Source of the DNA: a bacterium
GTDB taxonomy: Bacteria > Patescibacteriota > Microgenomatia > Curtissbacterales > GWA2-41-24
NCBI GenBank assembly: GCA_021813125.1
Contig: JAKALT010000003.1
Coordinates: 7,800-71,799 of the forward strand
Direction of reading: 5' to 3'
Length of the DNA stretch: 64,000 bases
Shown: positions 47,553-58,301 of the stretch, piece by piece
Layout: every line of letters begins with the position of its first letter
Position numbering within the stretch: position 1 is the first letter of the stretch
Made by a program: the position numbers and the translations under genes
The notes under the pieces: model-generated
Told to the model about the DNA's origin: nothing
What the model saw: only the letters and a program-made list of their open reading frames with translations
Database searches by the model: none

Positions 47553-47609
47553 TATAACCTACGCAAATCAAGCGCAAAGGTAAATTTATCAAAATCGCTA
47601 GGAATAAAT

Positions 47610-47873
47610 CTAGTTCTCTCGCGGAGCTTGAGGCCTTGCTTCTGAAACAAAGATCTTCCTACCGTCTACTTCTGTCCCGTTTATATCAGCAATTGCTTTT
47701 TTAGCCTCATCGTCTGAACTCATTTCTACAAATCCGAAACCCCGGGATCTGCCTGTCATTTTGTCCATCACGACATTGGCGTCAACAACTTTACCGACCT
47801 TTTCAAAAACAGCCCTCAGGCTGTCACCGGTCATAGCATACGGCAAGTTACCTACAAATAATTTCGCTGCCAT
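47610..47873 (-). CDS. RRM RNA-binding protein
   Basis: RNP2 LFVGNL, RNP1 RGFGFVEM. Confidence 0.96.
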   Translation of the reverse strand: MAAKLFVGNLPYAMTGDSLRAVFEKVGKVVDANVVMDKMTGRSRGFGFVEMSSDDEAKKAIADINGTEVDGRKIFVSEARPQAPREN

Positions 47874-48078
47874 TTATAAAATTCGGCTGTGCAAAAAGCA
47901 CAAACCAAAAAGACTTAACTCACCTCCTTTTGCAAAAAATTCATTTCACTAATTTTCGGGAAAAAACATTAATTTAAGAAGACCTTGCGGCAATAACCTT
48001 ACTTTCTCTAACCTAAATTGTAAATTAACTATTAAGCACTTGTCAAACAATTTAGCCAAACACAAACGCGCTTCTGCA

Positions 48079-48124
48079 AAGGGCAGGCCTTAGCTAAGAC
48101 TATTCTATACAAAGGCCTTCCCTT
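48079..48124. repeat. REP-like hairpin
   Basis: aagggcaggcctt-20nt-aaggccttccctt. Confidence 0.83.
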
Positions 48125-48247
48125 AACTCAAGCTCAAAAACCGGACCTTTACCAAAGTTTGCCCGACCTTCCAAGCTCTAATCAGTTAACCTCTATTTTC
48201 CCTCTTGCAAAAGCCAAGCCTTTTTTGTAAATTCTAGGCGAGGTTAC

Positions 48248-48598
48248 GTGGTCAATGTAAAAAAATCCAAACTGATACTAAGTTCTCGTCCTAACCTTCT
48301 AACAATCAGGCCAAGCACACCGTACACCAAAATTCTTAAAAAAATCAACAAGAGTAAAGAACTGGATTTCATACATCTGGAAAAAGCCAACGCAACCCAG
48401 ATGGCGGCCGTGATAACCGCGCGGCTGATGGGCAAAAAATTTTACTGGATCCAGGAATTTGCCAACCCGCCGCAGGCTAGTATCATTACGCGCTTTCTCT
48501 TAACCCAGGCTGACAAAATTTTCGTTCACGACAGAGACGATGCTATAAAGCTCAAAAAATACGGGGTCAAACCCGGCCGCGTCCACTACGTAAAGTAA
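48248..48598 (+). CDS. Hypothetical protein resembling a GT4 glycosyltransferase N-terminal domain
   Basis: DFIH..ARLMGKKFYW..QADKIFV..LKKYGV..RVHYV. Confidence 0.6.
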   Translation: MVNVKKSKLILSSRPNLLTIRPSTPYTKILKKINKSKELDFIHLEKANATQMAAVITARLMGKKFYWIQEFANPPQASIITRFLLTQADKIFVHDRDDAIKLKKYGVKPGRVHYVK

Positions 48599-48626
48599 TT
48601 AAAAATTTTAAACTCAAAATTGAAAA

Positions 48627-49016
48627 TTAATCCAAAACTACCCAAGACCTTAAATCGCGCTTTGGAATTTCCGGCGCAATCAGAAGTTTGGAAACCGAAC
48701 GGATAAACATCAAAGTTACATAATTTACTTTTTCCCTTCGCTTCCAAAATGTTTCCGAAAGGCTAAGCATTTTTCCGTATTTCTTTTTAATGTCTTCCAA
48801 CTCTTCATGCCTGGGATGATCAAAATAAAAAACGCGGTCTACTATAAACTGCCCGACTATTTGCTCACCCGAAATTTTTATGTATACAGTGTCACCCACG
48901 GCAACCGCTAAAAACGGCACAATCCGAATTTGCGAAAATCGGCCTTCTATTTTCTTTTTTCCATCAAAAATTGCTTTTGCAGCTTCACTGTCAAAAACCG
49001 CCAAGTGCTTCGCCAT
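48627..49016 (-). CDS. ASCH/PUA domain protein
   Basis: HLA..AIFDGKKKIEGR, GDTVY. Confidence 0.8.
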   Translation of the reverse strand: MAKHLAVFDSEAAKAIFDGKKKIEGRFSQIRIVPFLAVAVGDTVYIKISGEQIVGQFIVDRVFYFDHPRHEELEDIKKKYGKMLSLSETFWKRREKVNYVTLMFIRSVSKLLIAPEIPKRDLRSWVVLD

Positions 49017-49083
49017 GCACCAAATTTTAGCCTATACCTATAAATTTGACTAGTGAATAGATTCTAAAGTAGAATGCCGCACT

Positions 49084-49491
49084 ATGAACGAGAGAAGAAT
49101 TCCGGCTGAAATTACCGATAGGGCTTCCGATATGATAACGGGAGTCTTGTGGGTATATAGTCCACCCAAACGAGTTCACACTTTATTCAGAGGACCAAAC
49201 AATAGTCTTGTAAGCGCTGAAGCAGGCCTACAAGAGAGTGAAGGCGGGGGTGTAACAGCAACTATAGATTGGGCAGGCATGACAGACAGCAACGTGTCAA
49301 TTGCAGAAATTGCCGATTTTCTAATAGAAAATTCACCAGAGACCGCATTACTTTGTAGTCGTGAGCTGGCTGACGAACTTGAAACATCATCAACACCTTG
49401 GATTAAGATGAATGATGGTGATTATCGTATTGAATTACGAGCGAAAGGTAATATAGAAGTCTTTGTCCCTACCCCAATACAACGTCCTTAA
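49084..49491 (+). CDS. Hypothetical protein
   Basis: 135 aa preceded by TTGACT-18bp-TAGAAT. Confidence 0.65.
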   Translation: MNERRIPAEITDRASDMITGVLWVYSPPKRVHTLFRGPNNSLVSAEAGLQESEGGGVTATIDWAGMTDSNVSIAEIADFLIENSPETALLCSRELADELETSSTPWIKMNDGDYRIELRAKGNIEVFVPTPIQRP

Positions 49492-50341
49492 GATATTTGC
49501 TTAATTCTTCTTTTGTATCGTCGTGTTTCAGCCCATAATCCACCATTGCCTTTAAATAACTTGCTTTGGACCCGCAGTCATAATACTTGGCATTTTTTAA
49601 CTCTACTCCGTACACATCTTGTCTGGTTACAAGTTCATTTATTGCATCAATAAGCCAAATTTCGCCGCCCTTGGAAGGTTTTACATTCTCCAAAATTTCG
49701 AAAATCTCAGGGGTGAATAAATAATTTCCGTGGGTTGCTAAATCGCTTGGGGCTTCATCTTTTCCCGGTTTTTCGACAATCCTTTTTATCTTAAAAACAT
49801 TGCTTTCTACTGGTGATATATCTGCTATACCGTATTTGGAAATTTCCGCCTTTGGAATCCTGACTCCGGCAATTACGGAAGACCCGTGTTGTTCGTAAAC
49901 CTCCATCAGTTGACTCACAGCCGGCGGATCCGCTTCAAAAAACTCATCGCCCCACATAACTAAAAATGGCTCGTTACCTATTACATCCTTAGCAGTTAAA
50001 ACGGCATGACCATTCCCAAGCGCCTCTTTTTGTCTTACATAAACAAAATTCGTCAAATCCGAAATTCTTCTGATCTCTTCCAGAAGTTCTAATTTGCCGT
50101 CTTTTTCTAATCTGGCTTCCAGTTCAAAATGCTTGTCAAAATGGTCTTCAATCGACCTCTTATGCCAACCCGTAACAATTACAACCTGTTCTATGCCTGC
50201 AGCCGCACACTGCTCAACAACATACTGGATTACAGGTTTGTCGACTATCGGCAGCATCTCCTTGGGCATTGCCTTTGTAGCCGGAAGGAACCTGGTTCCG
50301 AAGCCTGCTGCCGGTATTACTGCTTTTCTAACTTTCTTCAT
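49469..50341 (-). CDS. galU: UTP-glucose-1-phosphate uridylyltransferase
   Basis: KAVIPAAGFGTRFLPATKAMPKEMLPIVDKP, RQKEALGNGHA, VEKP. Confidence 0.97.
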   Translation of the reverse strand: MKKVRKAVIPAAGFGTRFLPATKAMPKEMLPIVDKPVIQYVVEQCAAAGIEQVVIVTGWHKRSIEDHFDKHFELEARLEKDGKLELLEEIRRISDLTNFVYVRQKEALGNGHAVLTAKDVIGNEPFLVMWGDEFFEADPPAVSQLMEVYEQHGSSVIAGVRIPKAEISKYGIADISPVESNVFKIKRIVEKPGKDEAPSDLATHGNYLFTPEIFEILENVKPSKGGEIWLIDAINELVTRQDVYGVELKNAKYYDCGSKASYLKAMVDYGLKHDDTKEELSKYLKDVVLG

Positions 50342-50488
50342 AATGGTAAGTGTAATTATCTCTCTATCGTTTTCTCAAATCAACAATCCATAAATCCTAA
50401 GTCATAAATCACATCTTAATTCTTGCTTCTTAATTCCAAATTCTGTTATTATTACCGCTAACCTTGACAATGGGAGGGAGATTTTTTA

Positions 50489-50683
50489 GTGGCATTTAAC
50501 CCGCTTACATATGTCAAAGAATCAAAAGCCGAACTGGAAAAAGTTATCTGGCCTACCCGCCAGGAAACTTTGCGCTTAACTTTGATAGTACTAATTGTTG
50601 CAGTCGTTGTCGGCGCTTATGTCGCCGGCCTTGACACAATATTTACTAAAATAACGGAAAGTATTTTAAAAGCGCGTCGATAA
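50489..50683 (+). CDS. secE: Preprotein translocase SecE
   Basis: [10 protein letters not shown], single TM, upstream of nusG. Confidence 0.95.
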   Translation: MAFNPLTYVKESKAELEKVIWPTRQETLRLTLIVLIVAVVVGAYVAGLDTIFTKITESILKARR

Positions 50684-50687
50684 AATT

Positions 50688-51530
50688 ATGGACGACCAAA
50701 ACGACAAAAAAATACAAGAAACAGAAACCGACGAGAATCCGCAGATTGCAGAGGGCGAAAACGCGGCTGAAGACCAAAATGCCGTTGAGCCCAACGAAGC
50801 AGGTCAGGAAACAGAACCCCGGGAACAGGAAGAACAAATAGCAGATTCCCCAACTGAAAGCACAGCCGAAACCGCCTCCGAGTCTGAGGCAGAAAAAGAA
50901 GCAGAAACAGTAAGTGAGCCAGAACAGGCGGAATCGGCAGAAGCCCCCAAAGCCGAGGAGTCTCCAGCAGTCGAAGAAAAACCTGCTCCCCAAAAACCAA
51001 AAATACCGGGTGCCAACTGGTACGTTGTCCACACTTACTCCGGTCACGAATCAAAAGTAGCAGCAACCCTAAAACAAAGAGTCGAATCCCAAAAACTTTC
51101 CGACAAAATCATCGATATCCTTGTCCCAACCCAGGAAAAAATCGAAATTAAAGAAGGCAAGAAAAACACCGTTAAAGAAAAAATTTTCCCGGGTTACCTT
51201 TTAGTCCACATGGTTCTGGACGACGCAACTTGGCTTGCTGTGCGCACAACTCCCGGCATAACCGGCTTTATAGGAACAGCCAATAAACCCACACCGCTCC
51301 CGGAAGACGAAGTCGAAACCATCAAACGCTTTATGAGCATGGAGGCTCCCAAATTTAAAGCCGCTTTTTCCGTTGGGGAAGCAGTCAAAATCACCGACGG
51401 TCCATTTTCCGAATTTTTGGGATCCATCTCCGAAATCGATGAAGAAAAAGGTAAACTCAAAGTTTTGGTTTCAATCTTCGGCCGCGAAACACCGGTGGAG
51501 CTAGATTTTCTACAAGTTGCCAAACTGTAA
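50688..51530 (+). CDS. nusG: NusG with about 105-aa acidic N-terminal extension
   Basis: [39 protein letters not shown]. Confidence 0.97.
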   Translation: MDDQNDKKIQETETDENPQIAEGENAAEDQNAVEPNEAGQETEPREQEEQIADSPTESTAETASESEAEKEAETVSEPEQAESAEAPKAEESPAVEEKPAPQKPKIPGANWYVVHTYSGHESKVAATLKQRVESQKLSDKIIDILVPTQEKIEIKEGKKNTVKEKIFPGYLLVHMVLDDATWLAVRTTPGITGFIGTANKPTPLPEDEVETIKRFMSMEAPKFKAAFSVGEAVKITDGPFSEFLGSISEIDEEKGKLKVLVSIFGRETPVELDFLQVAKL

Positions 51531-51636
51531 ACTCAAGGTCATCAGCGCTCACCAACACCAAATTTTGGTATACCCCCAACCTGAGCACATCAAAAGCGAG
51601 AATTGATTATAGACTTCCAGATGTTAAAATATCGCC

Positions 51637-52455
51637 ATGCGATACCTAACAATAGCTTCGCTAAATACGTTCGGTGGAGTAATAAATTTAGTTGACTTAG
51701 CACAAAGGTACAAAACAATAGCCAACTATTTTGAAAATAAAAAGGTAGATATCATTAACTTTCAAGAAGTTTTTACTTACTACCACTTATATTTATTAAA
51801 TAAATGGCTTAAAAATTCTTATCCCTTTTGCACTTTTCAATATTCATATCTTGGGCCCAAAGGAGGACTTGTAACTTTCACAAAAGTTCAAACAACAAAA
51901 CACTACGCGAGTTACACTCGAAATTTTTCGACAGCCACCAAGGGGTCTAAATTAGAATTTTTAACCCAAAGAGGGATACTAATTTCAAAACTAAAAGACC
52001 TAAATATTACTATATTAAATACACACTTAACTGCAGTCCTAAACAACGATTGGTCAAAAGATAGTATTTATTTTTATGAACTAATGTCCGAAGTTAAACA
52101 ATTTCAGAAGGTTGTAAGAAACAACAAAAATAGTAAAGTGCTTATAGCATCTGGCGATTTCAATATTGCAAAGGATAGCGTTCTCTACCAAAAACTTATA
52201 AACATTCCGACTTTGTACGACCCATTCAAAAAGGACATTCTGCCTACGAGACACCAACATTTTTCAAAATTAAAACGTAAAACAAATTGTGTAGATTACA
52301 TATTCATAATTGGCAATACCAGTTTATATAAAGGTGAAAAAAAGAAATACATCTTCACACGCAAAACTCAGCTGCAAAATGGCAACGTGGATTATATTTC
52401 AGACCACATGGGAATTTACCTGAGAATCCACTTGGGTGGAAAAGCCTCCAGCTAA
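51637..52455 (+). CDS. Endonuclease/exonuclease/phosphatase family protein
   Basis: SLN, FQEV, NTHL, GDFN, VDYIF, SDH. Confidence 0.92.
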   Translation: MRYLTIASLNTFGGVINLVDLAQRYKTIANYFENKKVDIINFQEVFTYYHLYLLNKWLKNSYPFCTFQYSYLGPKGGLVTFTKVQTTKHYASYTRNFSTATKGSKLEFLTQRGILISKLKDLNITILNTHLTAVLNNDWSKDSIYFYELMSEVKQFQKVVRNNKNSKVLIASGDFNIAKDSVLYQKLINIPTLYDPFKKDILPTRHQHFSKLKRKTNCVDYIFIIGNTSLYKGEKKKYIFTRKTQLQNGNVDYISDHMGIYLRIHLGGKASS

Positions 52456-53238
52456 TCTCCGCGCAGATTCATATAACTTGAAGTCTTCCTCGTGTAAATC
52501 GTAAAACCGCCGCAAAAATTCACAACTATACTCTTGAGCTGACCTCTCAACGCCTGGTGACCTATTAAGCCACTTTGTTTTAAATGTTTTATTTTTATTT
52601 GCAGGCATCAATCCTTCTCGCTGCATGCAATCAATCATTCTGCCAATATATGTGTCAAGATCATCTGCTACTCCTACAACAGCGAAATCCCCAAGTGTCT
52701 TATCCGCCAATGCTTGAGTTTGATAATTGCGAAGCTCCGGTAAGAAAGCATAATCTTCAAAACTTAAATGCTGGCTAAAAGGCACTCTTACACGCCACTG
52801 TGTAGCACCTTTTGTTCTTCTCCAATGTGCATATTGCGACCGCATCCGCTCGAGTGGGTCTCTTATAACGATAACCGAGATAGGGTTAGCAATCTGACGG
52901 TCAAAACGGTCAGCAACAAAATGACCGTGGATAGCGGAAAAATCATCGGGCATCTCAGCTATTTGGATAGCCTTAGACTTCAAAACATTGTAGCTTAGCA
53001 ATAAGTATGCTCTATTCACAATATAGGCCAGTGGCGTCCTTGTAATTCCCAAGCGCAGCAAATCATGAGCGGGATGAGTGCGTTGAACCTTAAGGTCAAC
53101 GGCTCTTGATACGGTGTCATCAAGAGGATTATATACAAGCACTTTATCCTTACCCAAGGTCGATTCCAAAAAATCCTGCACAGAAGTACCAGCAGTTTTC
53201 TCAATATGAACACTTACAATACGCCTTTCCAAATTCAC
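52399..53238 (-). CDS. Sulfotransferase family protein
   Basis: 5'-PSB motif VHIEKTAGTS, IHGHF, 3'-PB motif RDPLERMRSQY, D..LY. Confidence 0.85.
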   Translation of the reverse strand: MNLERRIVSVHIEKTAGTSVQDFLESTLGKDKVLVYNPLDDTVSRAVDLKVQRTHPAHDLLRLGITRTPLAYIVNRAYLLLSYNVLKSKAIQIAEMPDDFSAIHGHFVADRFDRQIANPISVIVIRDPLERMRSQYAHWRRTKGATQWRVRVPFSQHLSFEDYAFLPELRNYQTQALADKTLGDFAVVGVADDLDTYIGRMIDCMQREGLMPANKNKTFKTKWLNRSPGVERSAQEYSCEFLRRFYDLHEEDFKLYESARRLAGGFSTQVDSQVNSHVV

Positions 53239-53275
53239 ATTAATATCCTATAATACCCGATATTATAAACTTAAC

Positions 53276-53941
53276 ATGGCCGAAAGACAAAACAATGAAA
53301 CCTTTCGACTGCCCAAAAGAAATATTAAAAACTGGTTGAGAGATAAACTTATAGTTGATCCGGAAAATTCGATGCGGCTGGTGTATCCACTTGCAAGTTT
53401 CATTCACGAAGAAAGACCGGATTACATACTTGCCATAGATTCAGGCGCCAGAATTGCAAGCCTGGCTTTGGTAGCACTTTACCACGAACTATATGGTGAA
53501 CTTCCTACAAAAGATCATTCAATTCATTTCAAAAAAGTTTCACATAGTTTCCCTTTTAGACTAGTTAAACGTCAGCTCCAAGGCGACGTTAAGCAAGCGT
53601 TAACTGCATGCGAAACCCCCCTGTTTTTTGTAATTGACGATTGTGTCAATACAGGATTAACCGCAGCTATGATTAGAAAAGCTATTTCACAATTATCCAA
53701 CGGCAGAATTAACGTGCGTTTTGGGGTAATGCGAGAATTCCTGGCGAGGGTAACAGACGTAAAAGGTGATACTTTTAGTTTAGCGCGGCCAACTTGGAGA
53801 AACAAGCAATCGCTAATCGGTGTCGAATATCTAGACGGGACAACCCCACAAGTGATTAGAAGTTCTGCAGCCTTAAATTTGAGAAGGCAAATACGCTCGA
53901 GCGCAACCCTATTTGCTGAAAAAATTAAGGGTAGCCAATAA
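53276..53941 (+). CDS. Type I phosphoribosyltransferase-like protein
   Basis: PRPP-binding FVIDDCVNTGLT; LAIDSGAR. Confidence 0.75.
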   Translation: MAERQNNETFRLPKRNIKNWLRDKLIVDPENSMRLVYPLASFIHEERPDYILAIDSGARIASLALVALYHELYGELPTKDHSIHFKKVSHSFPFRLVKRQLQGDVKQALTACETPLFFVIDDCVNTGLTAAMIRKAISQLSNGRINVRFGVMREFLARVTDVKGDTFSLARPTWRNKQSLIGVEYLDGTTPQVIRSSAALNLRRQIRSSATLFAEKIKGSQ

Positions 53942-53945
53942 AAGC

Positions 53946-56063
53946 ATGCACATAGAATCATTCAACTTTAGGCAAGAAATAAGACCCTCAAAACCAGACG
54001 TCTTGAATTTGTATCATGAGTTCGTAATCGAAGCTCAACTACGAAACCGACTTATATTAAATAAAGTTAGTCCAGAAAATACTTTAGACACATCAATCGA
54101 TGACCTGATGTGCTTAAGGCAAGCATATGACAGTAGGCTTACACTAGCAATTATTGATCGAAGACTAAATGCGGAATCAATATCTCTCCTCGATGAGGCC
54201 CAAGCTGCACTTGAAAGTGGCAGAGTCAGTATAGCAAAAAGGTTGAAAGAAGCAAAACCGCTTCAAACAGAGAAAAACGAAGCCTTCACCCGAACAGCAC
54301 AGAGGTTACAGCATCTAACATCCCTTGATACACCACACTTACTTGAGCAATACTGCCTGGTGAACCCACACGATTCAAAACTTTTTGCATTTCCATTTAA
54401 AAGAAGCGCCATTTTAAAAGAAGCGCTTGCATTACTACCCTCTCCTGATGCGGTGCTGGGTTTTAAAACGGAACAAATCGACGAGGACACAATAATAACT
54501 CTCTTTCTTAAGCAAGAAGCTGGTTGCGTTGGGTCAATGGAAATCAAAATTGGCGCTGACGAAAAAATGGCAGCGGAAGAGTACAAAAGAAAGAGAAGGA
54601 TTTTAATTGCGATGGAAGGCGACATTGCCGGTCATGCAATCAGGGCATTGGAAAGTGCAAGAGGTTTAAGGGCACTTGGCTACGAACCCGATATTGTAGG
54701 CAGCGGTTACTACACATGGCAGTACCAAGAAGAAGGCTTCAACTGCCTCGCTCCTTTTAGTACAGACGCAACCCTCGAAAGAGAGCACATCATTGCAAAA
54801 GCACGTGGTGAGGGAAAAGGGATGTTTTTCTGGAACTATAGCGATATAAAGGCACGTATAGAAGCAACAAAAATATCGCTGAAAGGTTATGTAAAGTCGG
54901 GTGTGGATTTGTATCTATCGGACATGAACCCAATCGCCGATATGGCAATTTACCAGCTTCAAAGTGAAACAGGTAAGCACTTCCCTACGTTGACAGAAAC
55001 TCACAACATTCGTCTATCACCAAGCCGACCACTCAAAACAGTTAAGCTAAAGGGTGTTCCAATAGGGCAAATAGCAGACAAGATAAATAATTCACGATTA
55101 GTAAGAACACTAGATCCACACCAATGGCGTTACATGGCTACGCATTTTCTTTTCGGCGAAGTTGCAGATGTCTTTATGGGGTTGCCGCTTTCAATTTACT
55201 CTTACATGAATGACAGACAGCAAACTCGATTAAAGTTCACCGACTATCTTTACGGAAAAGATGGAACAATACTTTTCTGGTTTAAACCCGACGATCATTA
55301 TCCAAAAATGTATCAGGTTGGTCTTCATGCCGATAAAGGTGGCCAGACAAAGCCAATCGAGAACAGTCAGGAGTTAAGATTGCCACAGCAAAAAGCCATT
55401 GTTCTAAACGCACAAGGAAGCACATACAACGAAGCTGCCTGGAATATTATAGTTTCCGCACTACGAGAAACGCCCAGCAGCTTTTCCGTTAACGCAACTG
55501 GAATGAAAAAAGACCAGGCACGTCCAATATACGATAGAAACGGAAAAGATACACCCAGACTAGCAGGATATATAGTCGGTTATGCTGCCGGTTATCAATT
55601 AGCTCAAGCTGCAGACGTAGTTATTAACCACGGAGGCTTTGGAACAATTTCGCAATGGCTGCTTGCCACGGCTGACAGAATTAGAAACGAGCAACAAGGA
55701 CTAGACCGTTGCATAGCAGCAAAAAACCCAGAAAAAATTGCCGAATTTCTAAAAAGCTGTCATGGAATATCTCGATCACTTTCTGTTTGCAACACTTTCG
55801 AACAAGAAAACAATGCTCGATCCATAAATGAAACTGGAGGTGAAAACGTTTGCACTGTAACAACCGCAGACGAAGTTCTTAACCAACCCGATCCAAAAGA
55901 ACACATACAGAATATAGTTAAACGCCTGCTAAAAACACCAGTTGACAATAGCGAAAGATTATTCTGGCTGAACCTCGTAAATTACCAGTCCTCAATAAAT
56001 GCGCCCGCGCATGTGGCCCTTATTGTAGACAGAATCATCAGCGCTCAAAAAACAAACACATGA
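53946..56063 (+). CDS. GT-B glycosyltransferase (GT1/GT28-like) with N-terminal extension
   Basis: RILIA..IAGHAIR, ADVVINHGGFGT, FEQENNAR; start at MHIESF. Confidence 0.78.
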   Translation: MHIESFNFRQEIRPSKPDVLNLYHEFVIEAQLRNRLILNKVSPENTLDTSIDDLMCLRQAYDSRLTLAIIDRRLNAESISLLDEAQAALESGRVSIAKRLKEAKPLQTEKNEAFTRTAQRLQHLTSLDTPHLLEQYCLVNPHDSKLFAFPFKRSAILKEALALLPSPDAVLGFKTEQIDEDTIITLFLKQEAGCVGSMEIKIGADEKMAAEEYKRKRRILIAMEGDIAGHAIRALESARGLRALGYEPDIVGSGYYTWQYQEEGFNCLAPFSTDATLEREHIIAKARGEGKGMFFWNYSDIKARIEATKISLKGYVKSGVDLYLSDMNPIADMAIYQLQSETGKHFPTLTETHNIRLSPSRPLKTVKLKGVPIGQIADKINNSRLVRTLDPHQWRYMATHFLFGEVADVFMGLPLSIYSYMNDRQQTRLKFTDYLYGKDGTILFWFKPDDHYPKMYQVGLHADKGGQTKPIENSQELRLPQQKAIVLNAQGSTYNEAAWNIIVSALRETPSSFSVNATGMKKDQARPIYDRNGKDTPRLAGYIVGYAAGYQLAQAADVVINHGGFGTISQWLLATADRIRNEQQGLDRCIAAKNPEKIAEFLKSCHGISRSLSVCNTFEQENNARSINETGGENVCTVTTADEVLNQPDPKEHIQNIVKRLLKTPVDNSERLFWLNLVNYQSSINAPAHVALIVDRIISAQKTNT

Positions 56064-56899
56064 TAGAAGCCGAACCACAGATTAGAAATCAACCTTACTC
56101 AGAAATTGGCCAACGGGCTAGAATAAAGGCTGCCATACTAGAAATACCGTCGGGGACTGTAACGCTCTGTAAACATTTCTTTCGCGGCCAAAAATTACCG
56201 AACAAAGAAGCTCAAACAATATTAACGGAAGCCATCGAGAGATTGGATGGTTCCGCACCAGAAAGCTTAAAACTATCACCAAAAATAACTCACAAACTGG
56301 GACAGGGGTTTGAGTCCACGGGCTTTGTTTTTGACACAAAAGAAGGGAGATGGGTAGTAAAAATAGGTTTGCCTAAAAATTGTGTGTCAGGAGTATATTC
56401 CCCATCAACTAACGAATATGCGTCTACAATGATCTGGAACTATAATGCGCTTAATGATACGTATCAAACAGAGCTACCCTATGTAATACCCAGCCCTTAC
56501 TTTGTTGTACCGCCAGGTGGGCAAAACCTACGTACAACCGTCCAAATTCAACCATACGTTGAACAGGTCACGGACACAAAAAGCTTAACTAGCAGCCAAA
56601 AAGACGATCTCATTTCGGAAAGGTTAGCATTTTACGCATTATCGCGTTCGATGCTAAAACGTAAAAAAGTGATGCCCGATTTGGTAAAACAAAAAAATCT
56701 TATAATAGGCACACGCGGAGGGCAACCCCACTATGTTTTAGTTGATGTTGGCTTGTTTCATTTGCAAGCACCTACACCAACATTAAACTTATTGGTATAC
56801 TTTTCACAAAGATTGTCCTTATCAAGGGATATCAGGATCTTAAAAAAAGCAAATAATTCAATAACATTCAGTCGTAACAAAAAATCTCCAATCGTCTAA
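56060..56899 (+). CDS. Protein-kinase-like fold protein
   Basis: KLGQGFES, VVKI, PDL..KNLI, LVDVG; ATGA overlap with the glycosyltransferase. Confidence 0.7.
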   Translation: MIEAEPQIRNQPYSEIGQRARIKAAILEIPSGTVTLCKHFFRGQKLPNKEAQTILTEAIERLDGSAPESLKLSPKITHKLGQGFESTGFVFDTKEGRWVVKIGLPKNCVSGVYSPSTNEYASTMIWNYNALNDTYQTELPYVIPSPYFVVPPGGQNLRTTVQIQPYVEQVTDTKSLTSSQKDDLISERLAFYALSRSMLKRKKVMPDLVKQKNLIIGTRGGQPHYVLVDVGLFHLQAPTPTLNLLVYFSQRLSLSRDIRILKKANNSITFSRNKKSPIV

Positions 56900-56908
56900 A
56901 ATACATAC

Positions 56909-57823
56909 ATGCCCAGACCTATCTATAGAAAAATTCGCGTTCCGTTAATTCTTGCCTCAATTTTTATAATCGTCTTATATATCTCCAGCAAAAACACCAA
57001 AACCTACATCACCCCTTATTTTTTCGGTGCTAAAAACAACCTCACACAAATATTCAGCGATAAACCTAATAAGCAAATTCAAACTTTCCTTGAAGGAGAA
57101 GTTTCCAAACTGCCGGGAAATTATGGCGTCTATATTAAAGACTTAAAACACCAAACAATTTATTCCGTAAACGAAAACCAGCAGTTCCAAACCGCAAGCA
57201 TCTACAAACTTGCGGTAATGTACAAAGCTTACGACGCCATCTCAAAAGGCGAACTCTCCAAAGATGATGTCCTGACAGAAGACGAGTACACGCTAGACCA
57301 AATACTTAGCCCTGAGGAAAGTAATGTTACAGACTCAACCGTTACCTACAATGTCGCGGACGCCCTAAAAGCCATGATTACCGTCTCCGACAACTATTCT
57401 GCGCTTCTTCTGGCCCACAAACTTGGTTGGCAAAACATAGACGACTTCCTTCATCAACAAAACATTTCCGGTTTCGACCTTGTCTATCAGGAACAGCCAA
57501 AGTCAACGGCAAAGGCTGTCGGTGAAATTTTAGAAAGGATCCACAACAATACGGCTGTCAATTCCCAAAGTTCCGAAGAAATGAAAGCATTACTCCTGGC
57601 TCAGCAAGTCAACGACAAAATCCCCAAATACCTGCCTTCCGACATTAAAATTGCCCACAAAACCGGAGAACTCGACAACATTAGAAACGACGCCGCAATA
57701 ATTTACGGCAAAAACAGCACCTATATTTTTGTTGTTCTTTCAGAAGCCCCCGTACCCGAAGAAGCAACGGATGAAATCGCCCAACTGTCCAAAAAAATGT
57801 ACGACAAGCTGGAAGAAGACTAA
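56909..57823 (+). CDS. Class A beta-lactamase-like serine hydrolase, membrane anchored
   Basis: ASIYK (SxxK), SDN, HKTG. Confidence 0.88.
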   Translation: MPRPIYRKIRVPLILASIFIIVLYISSKNTKTYITPYFFGAKNNLTQIFSDKPNKQIQTFLEGEVSKLPGNYGVYIKDLKHQTIYSVNENQQFQTASIYKLAVMYKAYDAISKGELSKDDVLTEDEYTLDQILSPEESNVTDSTVTYNVADALKAMITVSDNYSALLLAHKLGWQNIDDFLHQQNISGFDLVYQEQPKSTAKAVGEILERIHNNTAVNSQSSEEMKALLLAQQVNDKIPKYLPSDIKIAHKTGELDNIRNDAAIIYGKNSTYIFVVLSEAPVPEEATDEIAQLSKKMYDKLEED

Positions 57824-57875
57824 GGTCGCTTATACCTTGAAATAGCCCCTGTCTTTAGCGTATACTTCCAAAACT

Positions 57876-58301
57876 ATGGCTAAGAAAATAAAGGCAATTG
57901 TCAAATTAAATGTAAAAGGCGGTCAGGCAACCGCTGCCCCGCCTGTAGGCCCGGCTCTTTCACAACATGGCTTACCAATTATGGATTTTGTCAAAAGTTT
58001 TAACGACAGAACCAAAGACCAGCAGGGCACCATTTTGCCTGTAGTCGTCACAATTTACGAAGACCGCACTTTTTCCTTTTTAGTTAAAAAACCGCCAGTT
58101 GCCATTCTTATCAAAAAAGCTCTCAATCTGGAAAAAGCCGCTAAAACTCCGGGTAAGCAAACGGTCGCAAAAATGCAAAAGGCTCAAGCAAAAAAAATAG
58201 CAGAAGAAAAAATGGAAGATTTAAACACAAAAGATATCGAAGCGGCCATTAAAATAGTTGAAGGCACCGCTCGCAGTATGGGTGTGGAGGTCACGGAATA
58301 A
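57876..58301 (+). CDS. rplK: 50S ribosomal protein L11
   Basis: PPVGPAL, YEDRTF, GTARSMG. Confidence 0.97.
   Translation: MAKKIKAIVKLNVKGGQATAAPPVGPALSQHGLPIMDFVKSFNDRTKDQQGTILPVVVTIYEDRTFSFLVKKPPVAILIKKALNLEKAAKTPGKQTVAKMQKAQAKKIAEEKMEDLNTKDIEAAIKIVEGTARSMGVEVTE

Noticed and set aside
56909-57823. Acquired antibiotic-resistance beta-lactamase
   Set aside because: Membrane-anchored class A-like serine hydrolase with no mobile context; motifs alone do not show lactamase activity
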